A DNA stretch of 37,933 bases, from the IMG/VR virus record IMGVR_UViG_3300045988_053041, positions 1-37,933 of that record; one strand, given 5' to 3'. Under the pieces are notes generated by a model. It had not been told where the DNA came from and did no database searches. It saw nothing but the letters and a program-made list of their open reading frames with translations. Positions 21,287-27,975 of this stretch are shown here, in pieces (position 1 is the first letter of the stretch; each line of letters starts with the position of its first letter). Source of the stretch: a virus. Made by a program: the position numbers and the translations under genes.

Positions 21287-22309
21287 ATGGCGATCCCCAA
21301 GTACTACGTGCGCCCGGATGGGCTGCATGAGACGATCATCAAAATAAACGGCAAGCGCAAGGCCTTCCGGGGGAAGACTGACCGCGAGGTCTGGGAGAAG
21401 GTCAAAAGCTATCGCGCCGACGTGGCCGCTGGGAAGACCGAGACATTTGAGAACGTAGCGCACGCCTGGTGGAACGAGATCGAGCCGACGCTCGCCGCAA
21501 ACACACACCGGGGCTATAACCCGGCCTATGAGCGCGCCGTGGCCGAGTTCGGGGAAATGGACGTGGCCTCGATCACAGCCAGAGATATTGAGCGCTATAT
21601 CAACCAGTTTGCGAAGACCTACGCCAAAAAGACCGTCGTCACACAGCGGCAGATCATCCGCCAGATCTTAAACAAAGCCCAGCGCGAGGGTTATATCGCC
21701 TACAATCCGGCGGAGGCCGTCCTGCTCCCCAAAAACCTGCCGCAGAAAAAGCGCCGCGCGCCAAGCCCTGATCAAATAAAAAAAATAAAAGCCGGCCTTT
21801 CGGACGACTTTGGGCTCTTTGCCTTTTTGATCTACTATACTGGGTGTCGCCGCGGCGAGGTGGAGGGGCTCAAGTACGAGGACATCGACCGCAAGGCAAA
21901 GCGCATCCGTATCCAGCGCAGCGTCTACAATGTCAGCACCAAGCCGGAGATCAAGGGGCCAAAGACCGAGGCCGGTATCCGCTCCGTGCCGCTGCTGGAC
22001 GCGTTGGCCGCTGCCCTGCCAGATAAAAAACACGGTTTTATATTTTCTGACGACGGCGGCAAAACCCCGACGCCGGACTGGAGGATCACCCGGCAGTACG
22101 AGGACTACCAGAAGCGCACCGGCGTCACCGTCACGCCGCATGAGATCCGACACGGCTACGCGACGGCCCTGCACGAGGCGGGCGTGGATTATAAAACTGC
22201 CCAGCAGCTGCTTGGCCACGCCCAGCTCTCGACCACGATGGACATTTACACGGATATTTTGGACAATACCATCGACGATGCAGCCGCAAAAATGGGCAAG
22301 TCCTTTTGA
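21287..22309 (+). CDS. int: Tyrosine site-specific integrase
   Basis: 340 aa with a SAM-like N-domain and a catalytic region ...TGCRRGEV...HEIRHGYAT...LLGHAQLSTTMDIYTD.... GGGAGG SD. Confidence 0.92.
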   Translation: MAIPKYYVRPDGLHETIIKINGKRKAFRGKTDREVWEKVKSYRADVAAGKTETFENVAHAWWNEIEPTLAANTHRGYNPAYERAVAEFGEMDVASITARDIERYINQFAKTYAKKTVVTQRQIIRQILNKAQREGYIAYNPAEAVLLPKNLPQKKRRAPSPDQIKKIKAGLSDDFGLFAFLIYYTGCRRGEVEGLKYEDIDRKAKRIRIQRSVYNVSTKPEIKGPKTEAGIRSVPLLDALAAALPDKKHGFIFSDDGGKTPTPDWRITRQYEDYQKRTGVTVTPHEIRHGYATALHEAGVDYKTAQQLLGHAQLSTTMDIYTDILDNTIDDAAAKMGKSF

Positions 22310-22317
22310 CCCTGATT

Positions 22318-22338
22318 TACTGTGTTCATTCTGTGTTC
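22318..22338 (+). repeat. Arm-type repeat pair TACTGTGTTCA tt CTGTGTTC
   Basis: The same TACTGTGTTCA recurs at 22571-22581, preceded by CTGTGTTTA (22562-22570). Confidence 0.7.
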
Positions 22339-22462
22339 GCAGGCGTGTATTTTGGCGCTAGGATATGCTAGGCTTTGCCATGCTGGTGCAAGCCAGAAAG
22401 CAAAACATTTTTGATATAAAGTTCCGTGTTCGGCTGATAAAATCAGAAAATATACAAACAAA

Positions 22463-22491
22463 AGCGCCCGAGAATCAAATTCTCGGGCGCT
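22463..22491. terminator. Hairpin terminator (13-bp stem), better T-tract on the minus strand
   Basis: AGCGCCCGAGAAT-caa-ATTCTCGGGCGCT. The minus strand continues TTTTGTTTGTATATTTT and the plus strand TTTCATCTT. Confidence 0.75.
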
Positions 22492-22498
22492 TTCATCT

Positions 22499-22521
22499 TG
22501 GCGGAGTGGGAGGGATTCGAA
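22499..22521 (-). other. tRNA 3'-end fragment (T-loop, T-stem 3' arm, acceptor 3' arm, CCA); candidate attP core
   Basis: Minus strand reads TTCGAAT-CCCTC-CCACTCC-G-CCA. The matching 5' T-stem (GAGGG) and the rest of a tRNA are absent. Confidence 0.65.
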
Positions 22522-22561
22522 GCATATAAATCCAAAGTAATACCAATGTAAAATCAGATTG

Positions 22562-22581
22562 CTGTGTTTATACTGTGTTCA
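22562..22581 (+). repeat. Arm-type repeat pair CTGTGTTTA TACTGTGTTCA
   Basis: Direct repeat of 22318-22338, on the other side of the tRNA-like core. Confidence 0.7.
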
Positions 22582-23076
22582 ATCTCTTTCGAGCCTTGGC
22601 TCTACGATACCGTGATAATACCCGGCGATTTTCGTCTCGGGGCCACCGCCGTCCTTGTCGAAGAGAAACGCCTTCGCTAGGTCTGCGTAGTATTCCGGCC
22701 GGTCGAGGCCGTATTTCTGCGCGACGTCGAAGTTGTCCGAGTACTCCATATTGAGTGCCGCGAACCAGATCCACGGGTCGACGTGCACGCCGATGCTGTT
22801 GGCCACAGCCGTGGTCTGCTCGAGCGTCCAGTGCGCGCCCATCGAGCCGTCGTCGTTTTCCATGTGCTCCGTCCAGCGCTTGGCATCGGCCTCGGTAAAG
22901 CCAGCTGTCTTCGTGCCCTCATGGGCAGGCTCTTCGCCGCCCAGCTTTTTGAGCGCGCAGATCGCGTCGGCGTATGCGCAGATTTCCTCCGCCCTCCCGA
23001 GCAACACAGGGCGCTCCATCAGGGCGGCGATTTCGTCGCGCAGATGTTGCATGTATTTGCTCTTGTCCATACTCAA
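22579..23076 (-). CDS. Hypothetical protein (att-proximal cargo)
   Basis: 165-aa ORF. It is the last gene before attP on the minus strand. No family recognised. Confidence 0.65.
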   Translation of the reverse strand: MSMDKSKYMQHLRDEIAALMERPVLLGRAEEICAYADAICALKKLGGEEPAHEGTKTAGFTEADAKRWTEHMENDDGSMGAHWTLEQTTAVANSIGVHVDPWIWFAALNMEYSDNFDVAQKYGLDRPEYYADLAKAFLFDKDGGGPETKIAGYYHGIVEPRLERD

Positions 23077-23411
23077 GCCTCCTGTATGTATTTGTACAGA
23101 CTATCAAGATCATCCGCAGCAAAAGTCAACTTTCCAATGAATGGGATTCTTATCGGGAGTTTTCGCCCGTCGAGCCGCGGTCTTGCCTTATTATAGAGTC
23201 TGTCAATGTCGATATTCCCTTGTTCGTCCATAACACGCATTGCTTTTACCCACGGATTATCTCTCAACACAAGCAGTTGCTCCTTGCTGCCGTCTGCCAG
23301 TAGCGACAACCCAACGCCTGCCACAAAGGACCGCACCTCGTCCATATGCGGAGATGCTACTGTGTCAAAAAAACGCACAGCGCCGCGCATTGCCTGATCA
23401 ATCGTAACCAT
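23073..23411 (-). CDS. Hypothetical protein
   Basis: 112-aa ORF with AGGAGG SD and an ATGA-type overlap with the next gene. Confidence 0.65.
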   Translation of the reverse strand: MVTIDQAMRGAVRFFDTVASPHMDEVRSFVAGVGLSLLADGSKEQLLVLRDNPWVKAMRVMDEQGNIDIDRLYNKARPRLDGRKLPIRIPFIGKLTFAADDLDSLYKYIQEA

Positions 23412-23432
23412 GTCATTTCCTCCTTAAAGGGC

Positions 23433-23460
23433 GGGGCGGCTATTGCCGCCCCTTTTGCTT
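23433..23460. terminator. Intercistronic GC hairpin; a terminator-like T-tract exists only on the plus strand
   Basis: GGGGCGGC-tatt-GCCGCCCC followed by TTTTGCTT on the plus strand. Confidence 0.45.
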
Positions 23461-24088
23461 AGTTCTTGCAGCAGCCGCACTTCGGGAGCGGATTGTAGAG
23501 CGTCTGCGCAGTGGTCGCGGTTCCGGTGGTGACGTCTGCAACCTGCTTCGGATAAAAGGTGGCGTTGGCATAAGTCACGATGGCGTTGTCGCCGCAGCAG
23601 CGCCGCTCTGCCTCCATCTCGATCTCGCGGTGCAGCTCGGACTTGACCGACGCGATGTCCTGGCGCGCCAGCACAAAGCTGTCTTCGGTGCGCTGGTTGT
23701 GGACCGCCTGATCGCACAGCGTCTTGCGCACGTCCTTGAGCTGACCGTCGATGTAGGCGTACACCTCCAGCATCTTCTGGTCGTTGTAGGTGTTCGCCTT
23801 GAGCAGGGCAATCTCAGAGTCCTTCGCCGCCAGCTGCTGCTCGCGGTCGAGCTCGTAGCGCGTCACAGTGACGTTTTCGCTGCAAACGGGATGTTCCTGA
23901 CGGCCGGCCAGAACGCCTGCCAGCGCTGTCATAACCGGCACAGCCGCCTCTGCGGCAGCGTCCTTGCGGGTATTTCCGCCAAGGCCGCCGAGCAGGTTAT
24001 TGAGCCCTCCGTTTGCCAAACCGAGCGCAGCGCCGCCGATACCAAAGCCCAGCGCCGTTCCGGCAAGGCCTTTGCTTGCATATTCCAT
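23459..24088 (-). CDS. Hypothetical protein: Gly-rich N-terminus, coiled coil, C-terminal CGCC motif
   Basis: ATG 24088 (MEYASKGLAGTALGFGIGGAALGLANGG...), ending ...NPLPKCGCCKN. Inner part of track ORF 23459..24151. Confidence 0.65.
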   Translation of the reverse strand: MEYASKGLAGTALGFGIGGAALGLANGGLNNLLGGLGGNTRKDAAAEAAVPVMTALAGVLAGRQEHPVCSENVTVTRYELDREQQLAAKDSEIALLKANTYNDQKMLEVYAYIDGQLKDVRKTLCDQAVHNQRTEDSFVLARQDIASVKSELHREIEMEAERRCCGDNAIVTYANATFYPKQVADVTTGTATTAQTLYNPLPKCGCCKN

Positions 24089-24215
24089 GTGTTGATCTCC
24101 TTTGCAAAAAGTAAGCTGGCCAGCTCCTAGCATCAGTGTACCGGAGATCAAATTTTCGGGGGTGGCGTGAGCGTGATTTTATGTGCGAAATAATTTGATT
24201 TTTTAAAAATAATGC

Positions 24216-24244
24216 TTGACATATACGGGCAAACCGTATATAAT
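24216..24244 (+). promoter_or_regulatory. Perfect consensus sigma-A/sigma-70 promoter TTGACA-17 nt-TATAAT with A/T-rich upstream element
   Basis: TTGACA at 24216-24221 and TATAAT at 24239-24244. The upstream sequence is aaataatttgattttttaaaaataatg. Confidence 0.85.
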
Positions 24245-24301
24245 AAAACCATAGAGATAAACAAAAAAACAAACCCCAACACGGGGCAGGAGGAAATAAA
24301 A

Positions 24302-24571
24302 ATGAAAGCTACTATTTATGCAAACTACGGAATGCTCGCAGCTGAAAAGCGCTGCATCTACACCACGGCCGAAACCGACGCCACCGTCTCCGAGCCGCTT
24401 GACGTCATCATCCCCGAGAAATTCGCCCCGGCGAAAAACGCTGCTGACGAGATCGTCGTCACGCTGAACGGTTACAATTATCGCTTGCAGGATGTCCTGT
24501 GCGGCGACGAACAGCCCTGCATCATGGTCCCGGGATACACCACCAGATACGAGCGGCTCGCTCGTGCCTAA
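24302..24571 (+). CDS. Moron gene A, hypothetical 89-aa protein
   Basis: AGGAGG-8nt-ATG (MKATIYANYGMLAAEKRCIYTT...). Inner part of track ORF 24212..24571. Confidence 0.7.
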   Translation: MKATIYANYGMLAAEKRCIYTTAETDATVSEPLDVIIPEKFAPAKNAADEIVVTLNGYNYRLQDVLCGDEQPCIMVPGYTTRYERLARA

Positions 24572-24591
24572 GCCAAAGCGAGGGAATCCAA

Positions 24592-25071
24592 ATGCCAACT
24601 GAGGCACAAAAACGCGCCCGGAACAAGTGGGACGCGGAGAACCGCACCGTGATCGGGTGCAAGATGCGGCGAGAAGACGCGGAAGCGTTTAAGGCCGCCG
24701 CGCAGGAAGACGGAACAAACCCCAACGAGCTCTTGCGCGGCTGGATCGGGGACTACATGAGCAGGGAGGAATCAGACATGACGAATGACCAAATTCAGGC
24801 GCTGGCGACGATCTTTGCGATTTGCCGCAAGGCCACGAAAACACAGATCCAGAGCGACATTGACAACGCGCAACGTTACCCCATCAAATGGGCGACCATT
24901 ATGGTGCGCAAACTCCACGCGATGGGCAAGGCAACGGACGATATCGACCGCGCAATCGCCGAGCAGTACGGCAAAATCGACATCGATACGTTTACGGCCA
25001 ACTTTGACAAATGCCTCACGCTCGAGCAGCAAGGCGTTTGGAGCCTTGCATTTTATAAGGCAATGCAATAA
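24592..25071 (+). CDS. Moron gene B: ribbon-helix-helix-like N-domain plus unknown C-domain
   Basis: MPTEAQKRARNKWDAENRTVIGCKMRREDAEAFKAAAQEDGTNPNELLRGWIGDYM has a strand-helix-helix pattern. An in-frame internal GGGAGGA-7nt-ATG lies at 24778. Confidence 0.7.
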   Translation: MPTEAQKRARNKWDAENRTVIGCKMRREDAEAFKAAAQEDGTNPNELLRGWIGDYMSREESDMTNDQIQALATIFAICRKATKTQIQSDIDNAQRYPIKWATIMVRKLHAMGKATDDIDRAIAEQYGKIDIDTFTANFDKCLTLEQQGVWSLAFYKAMQ

Positions 25072-25115
25072 AGCACGCTTTGGGCGCGCTGGGACACTTT
25101 AATAGGAGGGACATT

Positions 25116-25487
25116 ATGACGGCAGATGAGTACATAGCCAAACTGGAGAGCCGCTGGCCAAAAAACATCCCGCTGGGGATGCTGCGCGACGCAGTGATCG
25201 TCGTCTCCAGCCAGAAGTTGCAGGAGATTAAAGCCGAGCTGCATGGGACGGATCAATCGCATAACCTTTACGCTGGGCGCCTTTGTGAGTACAAAATAGG
25301 GACTGTCGACATGGCAAGCTTTGAGGCGCTCGTCCCGAGCTTTGACGCAATCCATTTCGTGGAGGGCGGGGACTACCTTGTCCATCAAGGCAAACTATCG
25401 CAAGTCACACGTGTCAACCGTAGCTCAACCGGGCGTGAGGCCTTTGTTGATATCACGCCAGTCGCTGACATTACATACCTTGGATAA
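25116..25487 (+). CDS. Moron gene C, hypothetical 123-aa protein
   Basis: AGGAGG-6nt-ATG (MTADEYIAKLESRWPKNIPLGML...). Inner part of track ORF 25080..25487. Confidence 0.7.
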   Translation: MTADEYIAKLESRWPKNIPLGMLRDAVIVVSSQKLQEIKAELHGTDQSHNLYAGRLCEYKIGTVDMASFEALVPSFDAIHFVEGGDYLVHQGKLSQVTRVNRSSTGREAFVDITPVADITYLG

Positions 25488-25492
25488 AAACA

Positions 25493-25524
25493 CCCGGTGT
25501 CCAACTTGGACACCGGGTATTTTA
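25493..25524. terminator. Bidirectional rho-independent terminator built from 17-bp element copy 7
   Basis: CCCGGTGTCCAA-C-TTGGACACCGGG. The plus strand continues TATTTTATAT and the minus strand TGTTTTTATCC. It lies between convergent genes. Confidence 0.8.
25497..25513. repeat. 17-bp element copy 7 (perfect palindrome GTGTCCAACTTGGACAC), core of the bidirectional terminator
   Basis: Read directly. Confidence 0.9.
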
Positions 25525-25770
25525 TATCATGTTGAGCCTTTGCGCTGTCTGCCGCGCCCTCGTATAAATCCCGGGCAGCCGCCTCGAAAGCGTGCTTCGC
25601 TCCATGCACAGCTCGACGGCCACGTCGATCTGGGGCGCTTTGCCCACGATGTAGCGGCGCACGATCTCGGCGTCCTGCCTGCTGTATCCGGCCTCGCGTA
25701 TGACGCGCTCCCACTCGCTTTGCAGCAAACCGGATAAGTCGTCTGGGATATGGACTCTTGCGCTTGCCAA
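25522..25770 (-). CDS. Small sigma-70 region-4-like HTH protein
   Basis: 82 aa, ...QDAEIVRRYIVGKAPQIDVAVELCMERSTLSRRL.... TTG start at 25770, 7 nt after AGGAGG. Confidence 0.6.
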   Translation of the reverse strand: MASARVHIPDDLSGLLQSEWERVIREAGYSRQDAEIVRRYIVGKAPQIDVAVELCMERSTLSRRLPGIYTRARQTAQRLNMI

Positions 25771-25806
25771 TGGCGTCCCTCCTTCCGGGAGGGCGCGGCG
25801 GACGGC

Positions 25807-26508
25807 TTACTTGTGATTCAGCACGGCAATATTGCCCTTGTTGGATACCTCCAGATCAAGGGCGGCGGCGAGGTCGCGCACCTTGACGTAATTCGTGCCG
25901 TCCTTCAGGATGCGCTCCACGGAAACCTCTTTGCCGTCGACGATGATTTTGCTTTTTTCTACCACTTCGCGTTCCTCCTCTCCAAGTTTTCCGTCCTCGA
26001 GCACCATGACCGTGTGGCCGCTGGAAACCAGCACGTCGCCGCGCAGCAGCCTTGCGTCCGAAGTTAGGTACTCGCCGTGCAGGAGCTCAAAATCGCCGGT
26101 CTTCGGCCAATCGTTGAGCATACAGTAGGTCGTGCAGCTGTTGCCCTGCTTCCTGTAGAGCTCTTCTACGCCCTTGCACCCGGCGGCTACCGCGCAGAGC
26201 GTCTGGAGCCCCGAACAATCCGTCTCGACCGGTTTTGTGATCTTGCTCACGTCCCAGCCAACGACTCTCGCGGCTTCATACGCCGTGTTTCGGTCGGACA
26301 TGTCATAACCGATGTTCCGGTTTTTAATCGCCGCCTCGCACGTCTTGGCGGCTCTCTCGGCCTTTCTCGGGTCTTTGTAGCGCAGCAGGCCAAGCCAGTG
26401 GCCATTGTACCAGTACGAGATATTGAGCTCCTGCCCGGTCTGGTTGCCGGGCTTCTGGTCCCAGCCGCCGGTCTCGCCGAGGCTGGCCTGTCCGATTTTA
26501 ACGGCCAT
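25807..26508 (-). CDS. Endolysin: NlpC/P60- or CHAP-like cysteine peptidase with C-terminal Cu-amine-oxidase-N-like wall-binding domain
   Basis: ...VETDCSGLQTL... and ...SSGHTVMV... look like a Cys/His catalytic pair. The C-terminus reads ...VDGKEVSVERILKDGTNYVKVRDLAAALDLEV.... It follows the holin with a TGATG overlap. Confidence 0.75.
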   Translation of the reverse strand: MAVKIGQASLGETGGWDQKPGNQTGQELNISYWYNGHWLGLLRYKDPRKAERAAKTCEAAIKNRNIGYDMSDRNTAYEAARVVGWDVSKITKPVETDCSGLQTLCAVAAGCKGVEELYRKQGNSCTTYCMLNDWPKTGDFELLHGEYLTSDARLLRGDVLVSSGHTVMVLEDGKLGEEEREVVEKSKIIVDGKEVSVERILKDGTNYVKVRDLAAALDLEVSNKGNIAVLNHK

Positions 26509-26717
26509 CACTTGCCCTCCGTTGTGCCGTCCAGCACATCCTGCGTCTTCTGGGACTGGGTCCCGAAATAAAACGCGATGATCACGGCGTAGATCGTCAT
26601 AAAGTCCTGCGAGATCTTACCGGCTACAGACATGTACGCAAACACACCCGTCAGGACCAGTGTGACCAGAGATTTGACGCTGAGCAAATTGCCCAGCCGC
26701 TTTTTGATATTATCCAT
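26508..26717 (-). CDS. Holin (two-TM small membrane protein)
   Basis: 69 aa, ...SLVTLVLTGVFAYMSVAG...IYAVIIAFYFG.... It lies directly upstream of the endolysin. Confidence 0.75.
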   Translation of the reverse strand: MDNIKKRLGNLLSVKSLVTLVLTGVFAYMSVAGKISQDFMTIYAVIIAFYFGTQSQKTQDVLDGTTEGK

Positions 26718-26971
26718 TATGTACCTCCATCGTCATTTGGTTTTGCAAATACTCTCTTGCACAGCAGGAGCAGCAGCTCCCCGCCGAACGCCGCCGCCGC
26801 GAAGATCAGCACGTCGGAGAGGTCGGACGGGCGGTCTAGGATGACCGCGACCGTCTTGACGACCACTGCCCACGCGAGCGTAAGCGTCAGGGCGTAAATG
26901 CAGTAGTAGACCAACTCCCGCGCCATGCGCCCCCTCGTCTTCCGCTGCGGCTTTTTCTGCCCGTCCGCCAT
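26717..26971 (-). CDS. Small membrane protein (second holin or holin-associated)
   Basis: 84 aa with two hydrophobic helices, coupled to the holin (TAATG). Confidence 0.6.
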   Translation of the reverse strand: MADGQKKPQRKTRGRMARELVYYCIYALTLTLAWAVVVKTVAVILDRPSDLSDVLIFAAAAFGGELLLLLCKRVFAKPNDDGGT

Positions 26972-26972
26972 A

Positions 26973-27272
26973 CTAGCCTCCCAGCCCCGCCAGGGCCAGC
27001 GCGTAGCCGACCAGCCCCGCGACGATCGCTGTCACGGCTGCCTTGATAAGCCCCTCCCAGCGGCTGCCGGGGAGCGCCTTGAGGGCTTTCACGTCGGTCT
27101 TGATCTCGTTCACGTTCGACTCGATCGTCTCCTGCTTCGTCGCCAGCACTTCTACGGAGGTGGCCAGCTGGTGAAGCGCCTTGTTGTCCGCCTCGAGCTC
27201 GTCGATGCGGTGCTGGTTGGATTTGCAGCGCGCGTCGATCGCTGTGACCTGCGCCTGAATTCCGTCGTCCAT
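26973..27272 (-). CDS. xhlA: XhlA-like lysis-associated protein (coiled coil + C-terminal TM)
   Basis: ...NQHRIDELEADNKALHQL... followed by ...AAVTAIVAGLVGYALALAGL. Confidence 0.7.
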   Translation of the reverse strand: MDDGIQAQVTAIDARCKSNQHRIDELEADNKALHQLATSVEVLATKQETIESNVNEIKTDVKALKALPGSRWEGLIKAAVTAIVAGLVGYALALAGLGG

Positions 27273-27302
27273 ATCTGTCTCCTTTCTCGCCCGGAGGCGG
27301 CG

Positions 27303-27704
27303 TTATACTTTCTTCCAGACCGTCGGGGCGACCGTCGGGGTAAACACATTCCCGTCCATGAGCGACTCATAGAGGTTGCCGCCCCACCATCCCTTCTCGC
27401 CCTTTGCGAAGGCCAGTGTGGAGGTAATTACTTCGGGGATGATTCTGTATCCGCCCCGGTACTGCACGTCCTCCCAGAGCGTAGACGCTTCGTCGGGCGT
27501 GTTCTGTGCGGTGTCCCAGAGGTCGACGGCGGCTTTTTTGATCTTGCCGTGCCAGTTGATGCGCGTGCCCGCTTTGACGAGGCTGCCGTCGCCGGTCAGC
27601 GTCCCCAGCAGCTCCGGCGCGAGGCTGACAGTCTTGTCATCCAAAGCGCTTGCCGCCTGCTCGATGTACGGGCGCATTTTCTTCGCCCTCTCCGTGTACG
27701 TCAT
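27303..27704 (-). CDS. Hypothetical tail-module protein
   Basis: 133-aa ORF with a strong SD, between the fibre genes and the lysis cassette. Confidence 0.6.
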   Translation of the reverse strand: MTYTERAKKMRPYIEQAASALDDKTVSLAPELLGTLTGDGSLVKAGTRINWHGKIKKAAVDLWDTAQNTPDEASTLWEDVQYRGGYRIIPEVITSTLAFAKGEKGWWGGNLYESLMDGNVFTPTVAPTVWKKV

Positions 27705-27973
27705 GCCTTGACCTCCCCAAGCAAGATCTTCGCTGCCGTCTCGGTATCTGTTAGCCGCTCACGCAGCTGCTCCGGGTTTGCCGTCTCGATGTCAAAATCG
27801 TCTGTGACGAGTTTGCTGGTTTCCTTGTAGGTGTACGGCGCGCCGTCAACGTCGATGGCCTCGGCGTATTCAACGCCCGTCTCCACCTGCCGGATGAGAT
27901 AGCCCGCATCCGAGTACGTTTTGTACAGCTCCACGCCGTCCGTGCGCGTTTTGTAGTGCTCTTTTACGATCAT
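27701..27973 (-). CDS. Hypothetical tail-module protein
   Basis: ATG 27973 (MIVKEHYKTRTDGVELYK...). Inner part of track ORF 27701..28030. Confidence 0.6.
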   Translation of the reverse strand: MIVKEHYKTRTDGVELYKTYSDAGYLIRQVETGVEYAEAIDVDGAPYTYKETSKLVTDDFDIETANPEQLRERLTDTETAAKILLGEVKA

Positions 27974-27975
27974 CT

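Larger units (their letters stand above)
22310..22578. other. attP region
   Basis: Low-GC non-coding stretch next to int. It contains a tRNA 3'-end fragment flanked by CTGTGTT(C/T)A repeats. Confidence 0.7.

Noticed and set aside
22499-22523. A complete tRNA gene near attP.
   Set aside because: Only the last ~23 nt of a tRNA (T-loop through CCA) are present. The complementary 5' T-stem, the anticodon arm and the D-arm are absent, so this is an attP core fragment rather than a gene.
23433-23460. Strong minus-strand terminator between 23459..24088 and 23073..23411.
   Set aside because: The U-tract follows the hairpin only on the plus strand. On the minus strand the hairpin is followed by GCCCUUUAAGGAGG, the SD of the next gene. 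It is more likely an intercistronic stabilising hairpin, or a safeguard against plus-strand read-through.
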